DNA of 64,000 nucleotides from a virus. A program made the translations under genes and the position numbers. Below the pieces are notes generated by a model that ran no database searches, was not told the DNA's origin, and saw nothing but the letters and a program-made list of their open reading frames with translations. Within the stretch, counting starts at the first letter, position 1; each line of letters opens with the position of its first letter. Positions 30,968-41,219 of this stretch are shown here, one piece after another. The DNA is taken from IMG/VR virus record IMGVR_UViG_3300017971_000275, positions 9,300 to 73,299 of that record. The stretch is one strand, 5' to 3'.

Positions 30968-33286
30968 TTACCCTTTGGTGAATGGATTATTCATCACACC
31001 GGCGAGGATTTGCGACTGCTTCAGACTGTTCTCGGCTCGTGGCATTACGCCGTCAAGGTTGACGACCTCAGATATGTTAGCGTTCACCCTGCGACCGCTA
31101 CACTTCGCGATCTCAGACAGCATCACAATTTCGTTTGTGATTGCTTTTGTAAGCCCATTACCGTTCATTCTGCCGACGATATACTTACGTAGAAAATCGA
31201 AGGCTTCTTCAGAGAACGGAACAGGAGGAACGTAACCAAGGCGCATAGCTATATAGTGCACTACATTCGCTTGCATACGATCGAGCCCCTCACGGCGGCG
31301 CAGCTTACGCTGCAGCTTAGAGGACAAGTCTAATCGCTTCCGCGGGCTTGGATCTGTTCTATCAAGACGGTCGAGTATTTTCGCTACCTGCCTCCGAGAC
31401 ATTCCGAAAAGAGATCCATCCCCATCCCAAAGAGGGATCCGCTCTAAGTCTCTTACTATATTGCTTGCGCTAACATTCCGGGCTTGGACCAAGCGGGAAT
31501 TGGTAGGCTGTACTGGGAAACGCGGATCCTCTGTAGAAGCACCTGCACCTCCTGGGCCAGCCTCTTCAGCCGGCGCAGCTTCGGGGGGAGGAGCGGCTTC
31601 TTCGCCGCCACCAATAGGCGTCTCTTCTCCAAGCCCCAACCCTTCGAGCTCTCCCCCTGGCGCCTCTGTTTCCAGCCCCTCGAACTCTCCGAAGCCTTCT
31701 CCTTCGAGTCCAGGAATGCCTCCCTCTGCTCCGCCCACGGCCCCTTCAGGACCTATACCGTAAGAAGCCGCCAGTTTTGATGACGCAAGCTTGTGCTGAT
31801 ATATCTGTTTTTGCGTTTCAAGATCTGAGGGGAAAGACTCCAGCGCTTTGTCTAGATCGAACCCAGCCACCTGTGCGCGCATGCGAATAGGGATAGGAAT
31901 CCCTTTTTCCTCCAACCCATCTAATATGTCCATGTACTCACGGTCTGCTACCGGGCTGAGCGGCTTATCCCACTCAACTGTTGGGATCTGATATTCAGGC
32001 TCAGAGCCTCCCCTACTCCGTGGGCCACCTGTGCGTACTCGGTGGGAGAGCTCGGCCTCAGATCGCTTCTTGAAACCATGGATCTGTGCGAGCTGCAGGA
32101 ACATCTTCTCTAACAGAATCTTCTGGGTGAAGTAAGTACGTACCGCACGGACCTTCTCCAGGAAAGTACTAAGAATCATCTCCATGGAGTTCCAGTTCGC
32201 CTCGCCAGACATAAAGGTATCTGATATGCCTAGGGCGCGCATTTTAGCTTCGGTCAAAAAAGTCCACTCGTCAGAGAGTTTCCAGAAATCAGCAGATCCT
32301 CCTCCAACAGGATTAACAGTGACACCTTCACGTGTGATGACTTTTCCGCCAATCGGATCTTCCTCCGCAGCGAAAAACAGATCAAGCACTTCTGCCATCT
32401 CAGAGTCTTCGGCGTCGGGCCAAACAGTGATGTGCCATAGCGGACCAGCGCGCCGTCGTGCCCCTGCAATGGATGCATCCAAGAGAGCTTTCTCGTAAAT
32501 CTTGAATGGCATGATGCGCGTCAAGTATGACGTGCCGTAATGATCCGTCGAGAAAACGCGCCGCGGCAGGAACATGGTATTCTCAGGCGCTAGCGGGATC
32601 GGCGATCCTGCCGCCATCAAACTAACAAGCACTGGGTCGATTTGTTGCCGCTGCATCACTGCGCGTGGATCTGAAGATACAGCCCACTCACGCATCTCTT
32701 GGTTAGGCTGAACATCAATAAGCGGGTCTAACCGAGGTACAGGCGGAACCTTGATGGAGACGTAGTCTAGGTCATGCGGAATAGTGTCTGTCCAGTATCC
32801 CAGGCGGTCGTCGAACAGCATATGGAAAACAAATTTGCCGAAGGTCAGGTAATCTGACAGAAGCATCGGCATGATAGGAATAATGCCGCTAGCATCCACT
32901 GCATCCCGGAAAAACTTTTCTAGCTTAGGGTCGTTCAAACCTCCCAAGACTATGTTGGAGGAAAAGGCCAGATCGCGCCAGTATTCTGTCGCAGGCCCTG
33001 CAATCGGATCGAACATTATGAGGTTTCTGAAGATCTTGTTTTGCGTTTGGGGATCCGCTGGCATGAAGTCTTCAGCCAGTGTTGGATCCTCAGCGCGCTC
33101 AAATACAGGAGAGTATCGTTGGTGCATTCCCCCGCCAGGCATCATTGGCGAGGTGATGTTGGTGGCTGCGGTTCCGTAGCGACGCTGGGCGAGCGGAGAC
33201 GAGCTATGTCTGCGCATCAACGCAGCCGTACGGGTGTTGACTCGCCGCAGTCTCCCCTCCGTCATGTCGAATTTGACTTTAAACAT
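30968..33286 (-). CDS. Portal protein
   Basis: Two genes downstream of terminase; portal-like DY..FG, YGTSYL and stem/clip helices; Gly/Glu-rich C-terminal linker. Confidence 0.75.
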   Translation of the reverse strand: MFKVKFDMTEGRLRRVNTRTAALMRRHSSSPLAQRRYGTAATNITSPMMPGGGMHQRYSPVFERAEDPTLAEDFMPADPQTQNKIFRNLIMFDPIAGPATEYWRDLAFSSNIVLGGLNDPKLEKFFRDAVDASGIIPIMPMLLSDYLTFGKFVFHMLFDDRLGYWTDTIPHDLDYVSIKVPPVPRLDPLIDVQPNQEMREWAVSSDPRAVMQRQQIDPVLVSLMAAGSPIPLAPENTMFLPRRVFSTDHYGTSYLTRIMPFKIYEKALLDASIAGARRRAGPLWHITVWPDAEDSEMAEVLDLFFAAEEDPIGGKVITREGVTVNPVGGGSADFWKLSDEWTFLTEAKMRALGISDTFMSGEANWNSMEMILSTFLEKVRAVRTYFTQKILLEKMFLQLAQIHGFKKRSEAELSHRVRTGGPRSRGGSEPEYQIPTVEWDKPLSPVADREYMDILDGLEEKGIPIPIRMRAQVAGFDLDKALESFPSDLETQKQIYQHKLASSKLAASYGIGPEGAVGGAEGGIPGLEGEGFGEFEGLETEAPGGELEGLGLGEETPIGGGEEAAPPPEAAPAEEAGPGGAGASTEDPRFPVQPTNSRLVQARNVSASNIVRDLERIPLWDGDGSLFGMSRRQVAKILDRLDRTDPSPRKRLDLSSKLQRKLRRREGLDRMQANVVHYIAMRLGYVPPVPFSEEAFDFLRKYIVGRMNGNGLTKAITNEIVMLSEIAKCSGRRVNANISEVVNLDGVMPRAENSLKQSQILAGVMNNPFTKG

Positions 33287-33325
33287 CCCAACCTCTATAA
33301 CTACGGATGTTTGCGCGCCCTGCTA

Positions 33326-33700
33326 CTAGTCTTTCCAAAGGGCCACCTTACAGCTCTTACAATGCTTAGCTTTCCGGTAGTCGGAAAGCTTCACGTCACT
33401 CATCTCTCTTTTACAGCGTGGACAGAGATTTTTGCCGCGGAGCGATTCGATTTCATCGAATTTGGCAGTTGGGCTGAGAGGCTCGTCTGGCTCTACCTCC
33501 CCTACTTCGGTGCCTGCTGTCACGATCCTGCTGGGAGCGATCCGCTCCAAGACGATCTGTGTAGCGGTCGCGATGTGTGCTCCAGCTATTTCATTTGGAA
33601 AACCGGCGCTACGCAACGTCCCTACTAAACGATGCACCGTTTGTGTATCTTCGATCTGTGCTTTTGCGCAGGCTTCGGCAACCAGTTGGTAGATGTTCAT
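33326..33700 (-). CDS. Small Zn-finger protein
   Basis: CPRC...CKSC. Confidence 0.65.
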   Translation of the reverse strand: MNIYQLVAEACAKAQIEDTQTVHRLVGTLRSAGFPNEIAGAHIATATQIVLERIAPSRIVTAGTEVGEVEPDEPLSPTAKFDEIESLRGKNLCPRCKREMSDVKLSDYRKAKHCKSCKVALWKD

Positions 33701-33724
33701 GGGCTTCCTCTTAGTACGTCGACT

Positions 33725-36001
33725 TTATTGGTTGTAGTACAAACCACTAGATCGGCCTGCACCCAAGCCGCGCGGTCCTGCGGAACTGCCGCGACCTAAA
33801 CCACCCCGCTCACTGGCACCTCGGAATATTCCGACAGACTGAGAACCAGGAGCTCTTCGGCGACGTCCAGCTACATGCTTAAGATAGTCGTCTCGGTGTA
33901 GACGGACGTAAGCGTGCATCAGGGCCGCTGTACGGAAAAGGTCATCGGTGCCCTTATTTGGCTTCACCGGAGGCTTATTCCCAAACTGCTCCACAGTAGT
34001 AAGCTGTAAGATGAAATGTGCCCTCGGATGTCTGGAACGCATCTCCTGCACACGTTCCATGAAAAGATCGTCAATGTCTACTTCTGGGACAGGGAAACGC
34101 GCGTTGGCAGCAAGTAGATCATTCTTGAACTCGCGATAGTCTGACGGCTTTAGAGTATACCTATCAGCGTTCACATCATGGTTCGTGCGCAAGTCAATTA
34201 CTTGATGAGCAGAATTCCAGCGGTCGAAAACCACATGCAGGGGACGGAACGCTTCCACCAAGGGCAAGATGACTTCATCGTAGCACCAGGCAAGGTCTAC
34301 ATGAAACCCGCGATAGGGAGCTACCTCCAAGAATTCCTCGTATGCCACTCCAGGTATATCGGGATCAAAGCGTCCCAGCCCTAAAGCGAAGCTGTTGCTC
34401 ACCTCTCCATTGTCCACCGCCATGATGCGCGCACCGTAAATATCATGGCGGATGTCACTGATAATTGGGCGCAGCAAAGGCATCTGCATGGCACCGCCCA
34501 TCACCTCAGTAACCTTATAGGTGAAGAGAGGCTCGCGAGCCTCTTGCTCCACGAGCTCTATGGCCACGTTTTGATCGGGGAAATAGGGGCTGAGCGCTCG
34601 GGATGGAATGGCACAGAAGTCACGCTTGTATGACTCCGGATCTCCAGCTTTTTGCTCGCGGATCGTGTCCTCGTCTTCATCTGGATTCACGTCCCAAGTA
34701 GCGAAATGTGTAGCGTACATCCGCGGGTTTTCGGTTGCTACTGCATGCCGCTGCATGATTGGATCGTGCGCCGTACATGGACTGGAAATATTAAACATGT
34801 ACGCATCGAGAGCATTGTAGTCTTGTAGACGCTTGCGGCGCTTGTTGGCCTGCGTCCTAATAGTCACCAGGCTGTTGCTCAAGCTGTTGAATACCTCGGT
34901 GCCATCCTTCACATTAGACCGGCGTTTTCCATCCTCAGTGTGGTTAAACCAACCAAGCTCATCCAGTGTAGCGAAGATGCGCGTGGCGCCGCGAAGGTTG
35001 GTAGTATTGGCAGCCAAAGGTCGTAGAGAAATACGCTTCCCAGGAAAAAGGATGAACGTCTGGGCAGCGTGGTATAGAGGAACGCCTACACGCTTCCCTT
35101 CCTCAATGATATGCCTCTTCACCTCCCTGAACCAGGGAGCGGATTCATACGCTTCTCTAAACGGCATCCAGATGTTATCGTTAATCTGTCTCACCGTCGG
35201 TGCCACAAAGGCCGCCTCCAGGATGATATTCTTTGGGCGATTGAAATACCTCGGAGGGTTTGGAAGCGCAAGATACCGATGCAGGATGTAAGGGAAAGCA
35301 AAAGTAGCTATCGTAAAAGACTTTCCTGCACGCTGCCCCCACACACCAGTGAATTCATTGGGCGCCACAGGGCGCATCCGGACCGATCCCTCAAAATCAT
35401 TGTACTGCGCAAAACGTGGATCCTTGATCCAGTCATCCAGCATTTCGGTACGGTTGCGTTTACATTTCGGGCAAATCCCGTGCTGCAAAAGCACGAAGCG
35501 GTCGAGCACATGGTTGATGTGATCCTCAACCGGGACGTCATGCACGTACTCAGCGTCGGAACAAAAGTAGCATACGTCCGCGAAAAACCGGGCTAGTATC
35601 TGCACCTGGCGCGGCCAGAGCTCTCCACTAAAGCCTAGGTACTCTGTCCCCCTACAAAACTCAATAACGTTGGGAGCAACTGGAAAGCTTTCTTCTGTAA
35701 AGACAGACGGATCCAGGTCGGCGCTGATCGCCAGGTCCATCAAGGCTGTTGGATCTTCGATGCCGTCGGCTGAGGTAGACTCAGCCATTGCTGACAAGGC
35801 AGCATAAATATCCCGAGGAGGCTTACGGGGCTCGGGAGACCCCGCTACCGCTTCGATGGTCGGTGAAGGAGGCGGTTCAGGTGCAGGCTTCTTTTTGGAT
35901 TTGGCAGCTTTCTTTTTCTTAGGCCTACCAGGCTTGCGCTTCTCAAAGCCGAACGCGTCCGCGCTTACCTTCTTGGGTTTGAATGTCTTGGCCAGTTTCA
36001 T
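33725..36001 (-). CDS. terL: Terminase large subunit
   Basis: Walker A VWGQRAGKS, Walker B ATLDELGWF, ISSP motif III, RNase H-like AVDNG / FDRWNS / DDL; Zn-finger insert. Confidence 0.9.
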   Translation of the reverse strand: MKLAKTFKPKKVSADAFGFEKRKPGRPKKKKAAKSKKKPAPEPPPSPTIEAVAGSPEPRKPPRDIYAALSAMAESTSADGIEDPTALMDLAISADLDPSVFTEESFPVAPNVIEFCRGTEYLGFSGELWPRQVQILARFFADVCYFCSDAEYVHDVPVEDHINHVLDRFVLLQHGICPKCKRNRTEMLDDWIKDPRFAQYNDFEGSVRMRPVAPNEFTGVWGQRAGKSFTIATFAFPYILHRYLALPNPPRYFNRPKNIILEAAFVAPTVRQINDNIWMPFREAYESAPWFREVKRHIIEEGKRVGVPLYHAAQTFILFPGKRISLRPLAANTTNLRGATRIFATLDELGWFNHTEDGKRRSNVKDGTEVFNSLSNSLVTIRTQANKRRKRLQDYNALDAYMFNISSPCTAHDPIMQRHAVATENPRMYATHFATWDVNPDEDEDTIREQKAGDPESYKRDFCAIPSRALSPYFPDQNVAIELVEQEAREPLFTYKVTEVMGGAMQMPLLRPIISDIRHDIYGARIMAVDNGEVSNSFALGLGRFDPDIPGVAYEEFLEVAPYRGFHVDLAWCYDEVILPLVEAFRPLHVVFDRWNSAHQVIDLRTNHDVNADRYTLKPSDYREFKNDLLAANARFPVPEVDIDDLFMERVQEMRSRHPRAHFILQLTTVEQFGNKPPVKPNKGTDDLFRTAALMHAYVRLHRDDYLKHVAGRRRRAPGSQSVGIFRGASERGGLGRGSSAGPRGLGAGRSSGLYYNQ

Positions 36002-36058
36002 GCTGCCTGATGTTTCCGTAATAGCGTATATGAACTACAAGAGCCCACATCAACGTAG

Positions 36059-36406
36059 CTACCTGCTTTGTTTGTTGGAGGCTTTCTTCACTTGCGGATA
36101 ATGACCGGTGCGGTGCTTGTGCAAACGCTGCAAACTTTGAATTAACCGCTCGGCCTCCTTTTTTGTGTCCTTAAGTTCCTCCATGAACTCTGCTGCTCGA
36201 TCTCTCCCATTTGACCGCATGATCCGTATCACTCCGGTAATAGTTCGTGGATAGTTTTCAGGATCTTTCGCATTGTCCGCAACAGGCTTCTGCTCATCTT
36301 CCGATTCAGGTGCGGCAGTCTTTTTTGCAGTCTCGGAGTCCTCTATAGTGGCTACTTCTGCCTCAAGCATTTCCCCACTTCCTCCATTCTCCGTGTCCTT
36401 TCCCAT
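36059..36406 (-). CDS. Hypothetical protein
   Basis: 115-aa ORF with RBS. Confidence 0.55.
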   Translation of the reverse strand: MGKDTENGGSGEMLEAEVATIEDSETAKKTAAPESEDEQKPVADNAKDPENYPRTITGVIRIMRSNGRDRAAEFMEELKDTKKEAERLIQSLQRLHKHRTGHYPQVKKASNKQSR

Positions 36407-36431
36407 TGAAGCCCTTCCTTCTTAGGGACTT

Positions 36432-36893
36432 CTAAAACAATTTCACTAGCCGATCAACCGCTTCTGCCTGTTGTTTAATGAGATCCTTAAGAGTAGCCAG
36501 GTGATCTTTCTGCGCTTGGAGGTCATTGTTGTAAGTGTTGCGGTCGACGTATTTTCCTGCGCACGCTGTTTGGTGCGTTAGTACTTCCCTCTGTGCCTCT
36601 GCGAGTCCCTTTTGCGCTTCATCTAGTTCTTTCTGCAGTCGAGTCAGGATCTCTTTTTGCTGCTGGTGCTCACGAGAAAATTGCTGCTTAAGATCATCCA
36701 GCTTACTATCCTGTAGCTCTTTTTCCGCCTGTATCCTTTTACGGATCAGATAGATGATGATCGCAAAGATTATAGGGGCCACGATGCCTGCTACTGCTAG
36801 CACATCGCGCCAAGTAATTCCCTTCTCTGCCTCCGCCGCCGTGAACACCAACCCTAGAATAGGCATCAGGGCAATCAGACGGTATCTCTTCAT
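36432..36893 (-). CDS. Membrane-anchored coiled-coil protein (possible lysis accessory)
   Basis: Signal-like N-terminus, TM helix, long coiled coil. Confidence 0.55.
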   Translation of the reverse strand: MKRYRLIALMPILGLVFTAAEAEKGITWRDVLAVAGIVAPIIFAIIIYLIRKRIQAEKELQDSKLDDLKQQFSREHQQQKEILTRLQKELDEAQKGLAEAQREVLTHQTACAGKYVDRNTYNNDLQAQKDHLATLKDLIKQQAEAVDRLVKLF

Positions 36894-36918
36894 TGGAAAG
36901 TGACCTGACCAACATAGC

Positions 36919-37584
36919 TTATGAGCGGAAGTCCCTGTTGGTGGAGACTTCCACTACCTCTACGAGCTTGGCTCGCATAGCATCGTCCGGAATAATGGAG
37001 CTCTCGGAAATGAATTTGGCAACCGAAAATAGAAAATCTCGGTCCACAGATTGATCTGGATCAGGAGTCCCCTTAGACGCCTCCATTTCTGATAGCGCAA
37101 GCAATACTGATTTCATGGCACCTCCCAGCGCCGCGGCAGCACTGGGGTAGGAACCATCAAGCTCCTCACCGTTTCTTAGAACAGTGAAGTCCACGCCGTC
37201 ATAATTGACGATGCTGTACTCATCCTCCCCCACAGAAATAGAAATAGGCATGTTGGGATCGGGAGGAACAGGCTCACTCTCGTGCGAAGGATTGGCTACC
37301 GCGGTAATAATGCTAGAGCGTGCGCCATTGCCCCCTTTACTAGATTGTAGAGTGAACGTAAAGCGGGGATGAGTAGTCTCGAAATCTTCCAGGATGTCCG
37401 CAGCAACAGCGTTTACAGAAGCTTCGGAGTTAGCAGTCCATTCCAACTGTAGCTGTGCTCTTTCTGCGTCTACTGCTTTCGCAACAACATGCCGTTCGGA
37501 CAAGTAGCGAACAGGCACGCGTAATAGAATAGCGTCGTACAACTCTGAAAGCAGTTGAATAGGTGTCGGACTTTTGTTTTCCAT
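36919..37584 (-). CDS. Hypothetical protein
   Basis: ORF (track to 37617); TAGTTAT motif upstream. Confidence 0.6.
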   Translation of the reverse strand: MENKSPTPIQLLSELYDAILLRVPVRYLSERHVVAKAVDAERAQLQLEWTANSEASVNAVAADILEDFETTHPRFTFTLQSSKGGNGARSSIITAVANPSHESEPVPPDPNMPISISVGEDEYSIVNYDGVDFTVLRNGEELDGSYPSAAAALGGAMKSVLLALSEMEASKGTPDPDQSVDRDFLFSVAKFISESSIIPDDAMRAKLVEVVEVSTNRDFRS

Positions 37585-37685
37585 TGGGGTATCCTGGACT
37601 ACGTGGCACAATCCCACCCTAGGGGATCCACTGCCCTTATAAGAGAATAACTAAATTTGGGGGATATGCGTCGGAAAGGCTAGGA

Positions 37686-38630
37686 TTACGGCCGAGTGGG
37701 CTTCAAGCGCGGGGTAGGCTTGACCGCTACAACAGCTCTACGTGGAGGGGGTGTCGTGGGGAGTGGTGGATAAAAGCGTGTTTTGATTTGCGTCAGATAC
37801 CGACACTGCCGACAACGCCGCTTGGATTTGATCTGGTTCCGCGCCCCATACTCGAAGCAGGACAAGATCTTCCAGTACGCCGCGTGCCCGTAGCACTTGT
37901 ACAAACTACGGCGGCAGCTCATGTACCTACGGTGGTACTCATCCTTCGTCTCCCTCGCAAGATCACGGCGCATGAGGTGGCACTTATAACGCTTCTTACA
38001 CTTGTAAGCTGTCTTATAGTATGGACCCTGGTTATAGCGGTTGAGCACGCAGCGACGCAGTGGCTTGCTGAAGCTCTTGTACTTCTGGCACCATTTGACG
38101 TGGTGAGCTATTTCCTCGGCACTTTTGTAGAATGAGTACTTCAGATTACGCCGCAGCTTGTAGCACTGAGTTTTCACGTAGGCGCGAGATCCGCGTACGT
38201 GATGCTGCGTCATGCCGCAGTCGGCAAAGCATCCGGTAGTACGTAGATTGAGCTTGCAGGGAGCGTTGATGAGGATCAAGCTCCGGAAGTCGGATTCCAT
38301 GCGAGCCAGTGCGATCATGAAGGTTGCATTCACACCGGTCTTCTCTTGCGCATGGAGAGCTGCCTCAGCGATCTTCTGTACTTTTTGTGGAGGCATAGGC
38401 ACGCCGGGATCCTTGATCGCCATGATAGACTTTTTGAGGCTCTCAAGCTTCTTTACTCTAGCTGGTCCTGGCGCTGGCACCGTCGTGTTCAACGTGAACA
38501 GTGGATCGGTAGCGAAGACCAGGAAGGAGGGCAGCTTGTTTCCAGATCCTCCTCTTGCGCTAAGGCCCGCATCGGTGGCAGGTAGTATCATGACTATCAG
38601 TCCCACCATGATCAAAATAATACGTCTCAT
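37686..38630 (-). CDS. Secreted/anchored lytic transglycosylase (SLT-like), Cys-rich; candidate endolysin
   Basis: N-terminal hydrophobic segment; IALARMESDF (catalytic Glu), GMTQ, RYNQG motifs. Confidence 0.7.
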   Translation of the reverse strand: MRRIILIMVGLIVMILPATDAGLSARGGSGNKLPSFLVFATDPLFTLNTTVPAPGPARVKKLESLKKSIMAIKDPGVPMPPQKVQKIAEAALHAQEKTGVNATFMIALARMESDFRSLILINAPCKLNLRTTGCFADCGMTQHHVRGSRAYVKTQCYKLRRNLKYSFYKSAEEIAHHVKWCQKYKSFSKPLRRCVLNRYNQGPYYKTAYKCKKRYKCHLMRRDLARETKDEYHRRYMSCRRSLYKCYGHAAYWKILSCFEYGARNQIKSKRRCRQCRYLTQIKTRFYPPLPTTPPPRRAVVAVKPTPRLKPTRP

Positions 38631-38791
38631 ACCTTCTCTCCTTTGTTTAGAGCTGCGACGTCCCCTGCGACCAGAGGCAAATCAGCCGTGGTCTAACTTA
38701 CGCGCTGGACGTGAGTGGCGAAGGGAGGTCGCGCCCAATTACATGCTACCAAGCAAGCTGCTTAGCGGCTAGTATTCAGACTATTACATAG

Positions 38792-39445
38792 CTAGTGGAT
38801 AGGTTCCGATGAATCGGAAGAGGATTCCAAGGAGGGGGGTAGGGATTTGTTTTTGGACTTTTTATTACCGCCAGAAGCTAATATCTCTGGTAGCTTCTCG
38901 ATGACCTCTTCTGCTTCTCCTTTCAAGCGAGACGCAAACCGGCGTAAGTTCCGCTTAACGGCTTCGTCAATCGACTCGAAGTTTTCTTGACCCAAAGAGG
39001 CAATGAGCTCGTCGCGTAAACGGTTGCCTTCTTCTACACTAGCGACCACGCATAGACGGATTATGGGGTTGACCACTTTCCGTACTATTTCTTGGGCGAG
39101 CTCGTCTGAAGGACGAATGCGGTCCATGGCCATGATAATCTCACGCGCCTCGCGCACGAGATTAACGTAGTGGCTCATGGCATGCTGGTTGGCTTCCGGA
39201 TCGTCATCGTAATCTTTCTTCCGATCGTCCGCGGCCTCTCTTATATCGCGCAGCAGCGTATTGAGTAGCTCATGACCAGTAGTTGGAAATGCGGCACCGC
39301 ACCTCTTTATGTGCTCCTCTAGCAGCGCAGAGCTGATGAAATGCTTGGACGCTATCTCCTCAACAGACAAAGACCCCTCGGCGATCTCCTCGTCGATTTC
39401 CCGCATAGTGCGGATCGGAAACTCTCTACACAGATCACATGACAT
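38792..39445 (-). CDS. Zn/HTH protein (possible terminase small subunit-like)
   Basis: CxxC...HTH-like...H at N-terminus; helical body; near terL. Confidence 0.35.
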   Translation of the reverse strand: MSCDLCREFPIRTMREIDEEIAEGSLSVEEIASKHFISSALLEEHIKRCGAAFPTTGHELLNTLLRDIREAADDRKKDYDDDPEANQHAMSHYVNLVREAREIIMAMDRIRPSDELAQEIVRKVVNPIIRLCVVASVEEGNRLRDELIASLGQENFESIDEAVKRNLRRFASRLKGEAEEVIEKLPEILASGGNKKSKNKSLPPSLESSSDSSEPIH

Positions 39446-39457
39446 GGGAATAGTATA

Positions 39458-40111
39458 CTACGAACGGTGCATCATTTCCATAGAACTTGGTTGCACGTGA
39501 ACAGGGGGCGTTTCTACGGGGAGGCCGTGTGCATCCGGAATACCATGCCCACCGGGTTGCACAGGAAGCACGAGCTCCTCGGTAGTAGGCGTAATCATGT
39601 CAACCTGCTCGAAGTCCTCTTCTGTAGCGGGACGCAAACCATACTTGGCGGCCTCTCGTGACGAGACGGTCTGCCTGATGGGCATGACATGATTAGGGCC
39701 GTAGAACTCCAGATCAAGTACTTGATCCTCATCCCCATTGTTCCCTGTCTTCTCGATGCTCACGTCGCGTACCAGGACGAACGGAAAGCTCTCTTCGATG
39801 TTATCTGCGAAATACCATCGGCCGGCGCGTAGGTTGAGCTTGAATGCTTTACGTACACGCTTCTTCTCGGGCTTGACGAACCGCATGTCGCCGCTAGCGT
39901 TCGCCACCCGAAGCCCGTATTTATCAAGCACGACCGCTAAGTTTCGCAGCTGCGTCTGCGGTACGTGGCGCAGCAGAATGGAATTCTTCCCAACAGCCTC
40001 CACCAGGAAGCCAGCTACCTGCAGGGTTCCTTGTGCTTCTTGTAGGGTGTCGGATGGACCTTCCAGACTGATGGCGTCGTATCCGGGGATCTCTTGCTGT
40101 TGTTGAGTCAT
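39458..40111 (-). CDS. Hypothetical protein
   Basis: 217-aa ORF with RBS. Confidence 0.6.
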   Translation of the reverse strand: MTQQQQEIPGYDAISLEGPSDTLQEAQGTLQVAGFLVEAVGKNSILLRHVPQTQLRNLAVVLDKYGLRVANASGDMRFVKPEKKRVRKAFKLNLRAGRWYFADNIEESFPFVLVRDVSIEKTGNNGDEDQVLDLEFYGPNHVMPIRQTVSSREAAKYGLRPATEEDFEQVDMITPTTEELVLPVQPGGHGIPDAHGLPVETPPVHVQPSSMEMMHRS

Positions 40112-40134
40112 GGAATTTAGTCTCCTAACCGACG

Positions 40135-41205
40135 CTAGTCAACGTCCATGTGGCGGTAGTATTTTTTGTACAACTTCAAGACCACTTTTCTGCGCCGCGG
40201 CCCAGTGTTCATATAACGGCTACCTGATAGAATTTTATCGAAGAGCTTGTAGATCACGTCGACAGCATTACCGTAGCCACCATTGTTGACCACAACCAAG
40301 TTGACCAAGGCATTGACGCGGTCCCACAAGAAGGTGGATTTCCCTTTGGCACTCGTGATCATTTGAATCTGAGGACCGGTATCCTCTTCCTGCTGAGCCT
40401 TTTCTTGTCGAAGCCTCTCATCATCCTCCGCCAGGATTTCCATGATGTCTTGGTAGCGGTATTTATTATAGAGGGCGGTCAGAACAGGAGGAGGAACTTT
40501 TTGTTGCTCTACATAATCAAGGATATCGTCTTCGTCAACATCTTCGGTGAGCATAGTATTTAGCTCGGAAGCAGCAGTCCAAACGTCCGCACGGTTGTAT
40601 GTTTTTACAACGTTCGTGATGTTGCCATGCAACCGAGAAACGATCCGACGCAGATCATCTACTATATGAGTACGCGGATCCTCATCAAGCCGCGCAAACG
40701 CCTCGCGCACGACATCCCAACGATATGGGTAGGGTTCATCCGAACCCTTGGTCTTGTACAAATTCCACCGAATACGCTGCATGACAGCTTCTGGCCTAGC
40801 GAGCTCGGAAAGGTCTGCTACCTTTTTTCCTACCCAATGCCCTGCGCCCACGTCGTACACGGTGCCAAAACGATCGGCCAGAATCTCTGGTTTGATGGAA
40901 TCATCAAAGAAGTAAAAGTTGACGGGGTGGTCACTCCCTCGAAGCTTGTACCCTGAAACGAATTGTGCTTCTTTTTTGTACTGAGGCAAAAGCTGCTTAG
41001 GGACAAGCAGCACAACATCCAAGGAGGACTCGGGATCGTAATAGTGTCCCACGAGCTCGCCCACAAAAAGCACCTTGGATGCGTCTGGGAACCGGCGATC
41101 TACTTGATCGTGTAGCTGGGCCTTAACACGGTTTGTCAGAGACATTTCGTCCGTGCGCCAGATATCTGGGCTCAACGTACGACGATGGTAGTCAAAAAGG
41201 CTCAT
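40135..41205 (-). CDS. Pol-beta-superfamily nucleotidyltransferase-like protein, degenerate active site
   Basis: LSPDIW...VLFVGELVGHYYDPESSLDVVLLV...HPVNFYF...VYD resembles phage NTases, but GS is GE and DxD is SLD. Confidence 0.5.
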   Translation of the reverse strand: MSLFDYHRRTLSPDIWRTDEMSLTNRVKAQLHDQVDRRFPDASKVLFVGELVGHYYDPESSLDVVLLVPKQLLPQYKKEAQFVSGYKLRGSDHPVNFYFFDDSIKPEILADRFGTVYDVGAGHWVGKKVADLSELARPEAVMQRIRWNLYKTKGSDEPYPYRWDVVREAFARLDEDPRTHIVDDLRRIVSRLHGNITNVVKTYNRADVWTAASELNTMLTEDVDEDDILDYVEQQKVPPPVLTALYNKYRYQDIMEILAEDDERLRQEKAQQEEDTGPQIQMITSAKGKSTFLWDRVNALVNLVVVNNGGYGNAVDVIYKLFDKILSGSRYMNTGPRRRKVVLKLYKKYYRHMDVD

Positions 41206-41219
41206 GGGTCGTCCCTACT

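Noticed and set aside
38631-38790. c-di-AMP (ydaO) riboswitch upstream of the cell-wall hydrolase
   Set aside because: The context fits, but the conserved core motifs are not recognisable beyond a CUGAAU fragment
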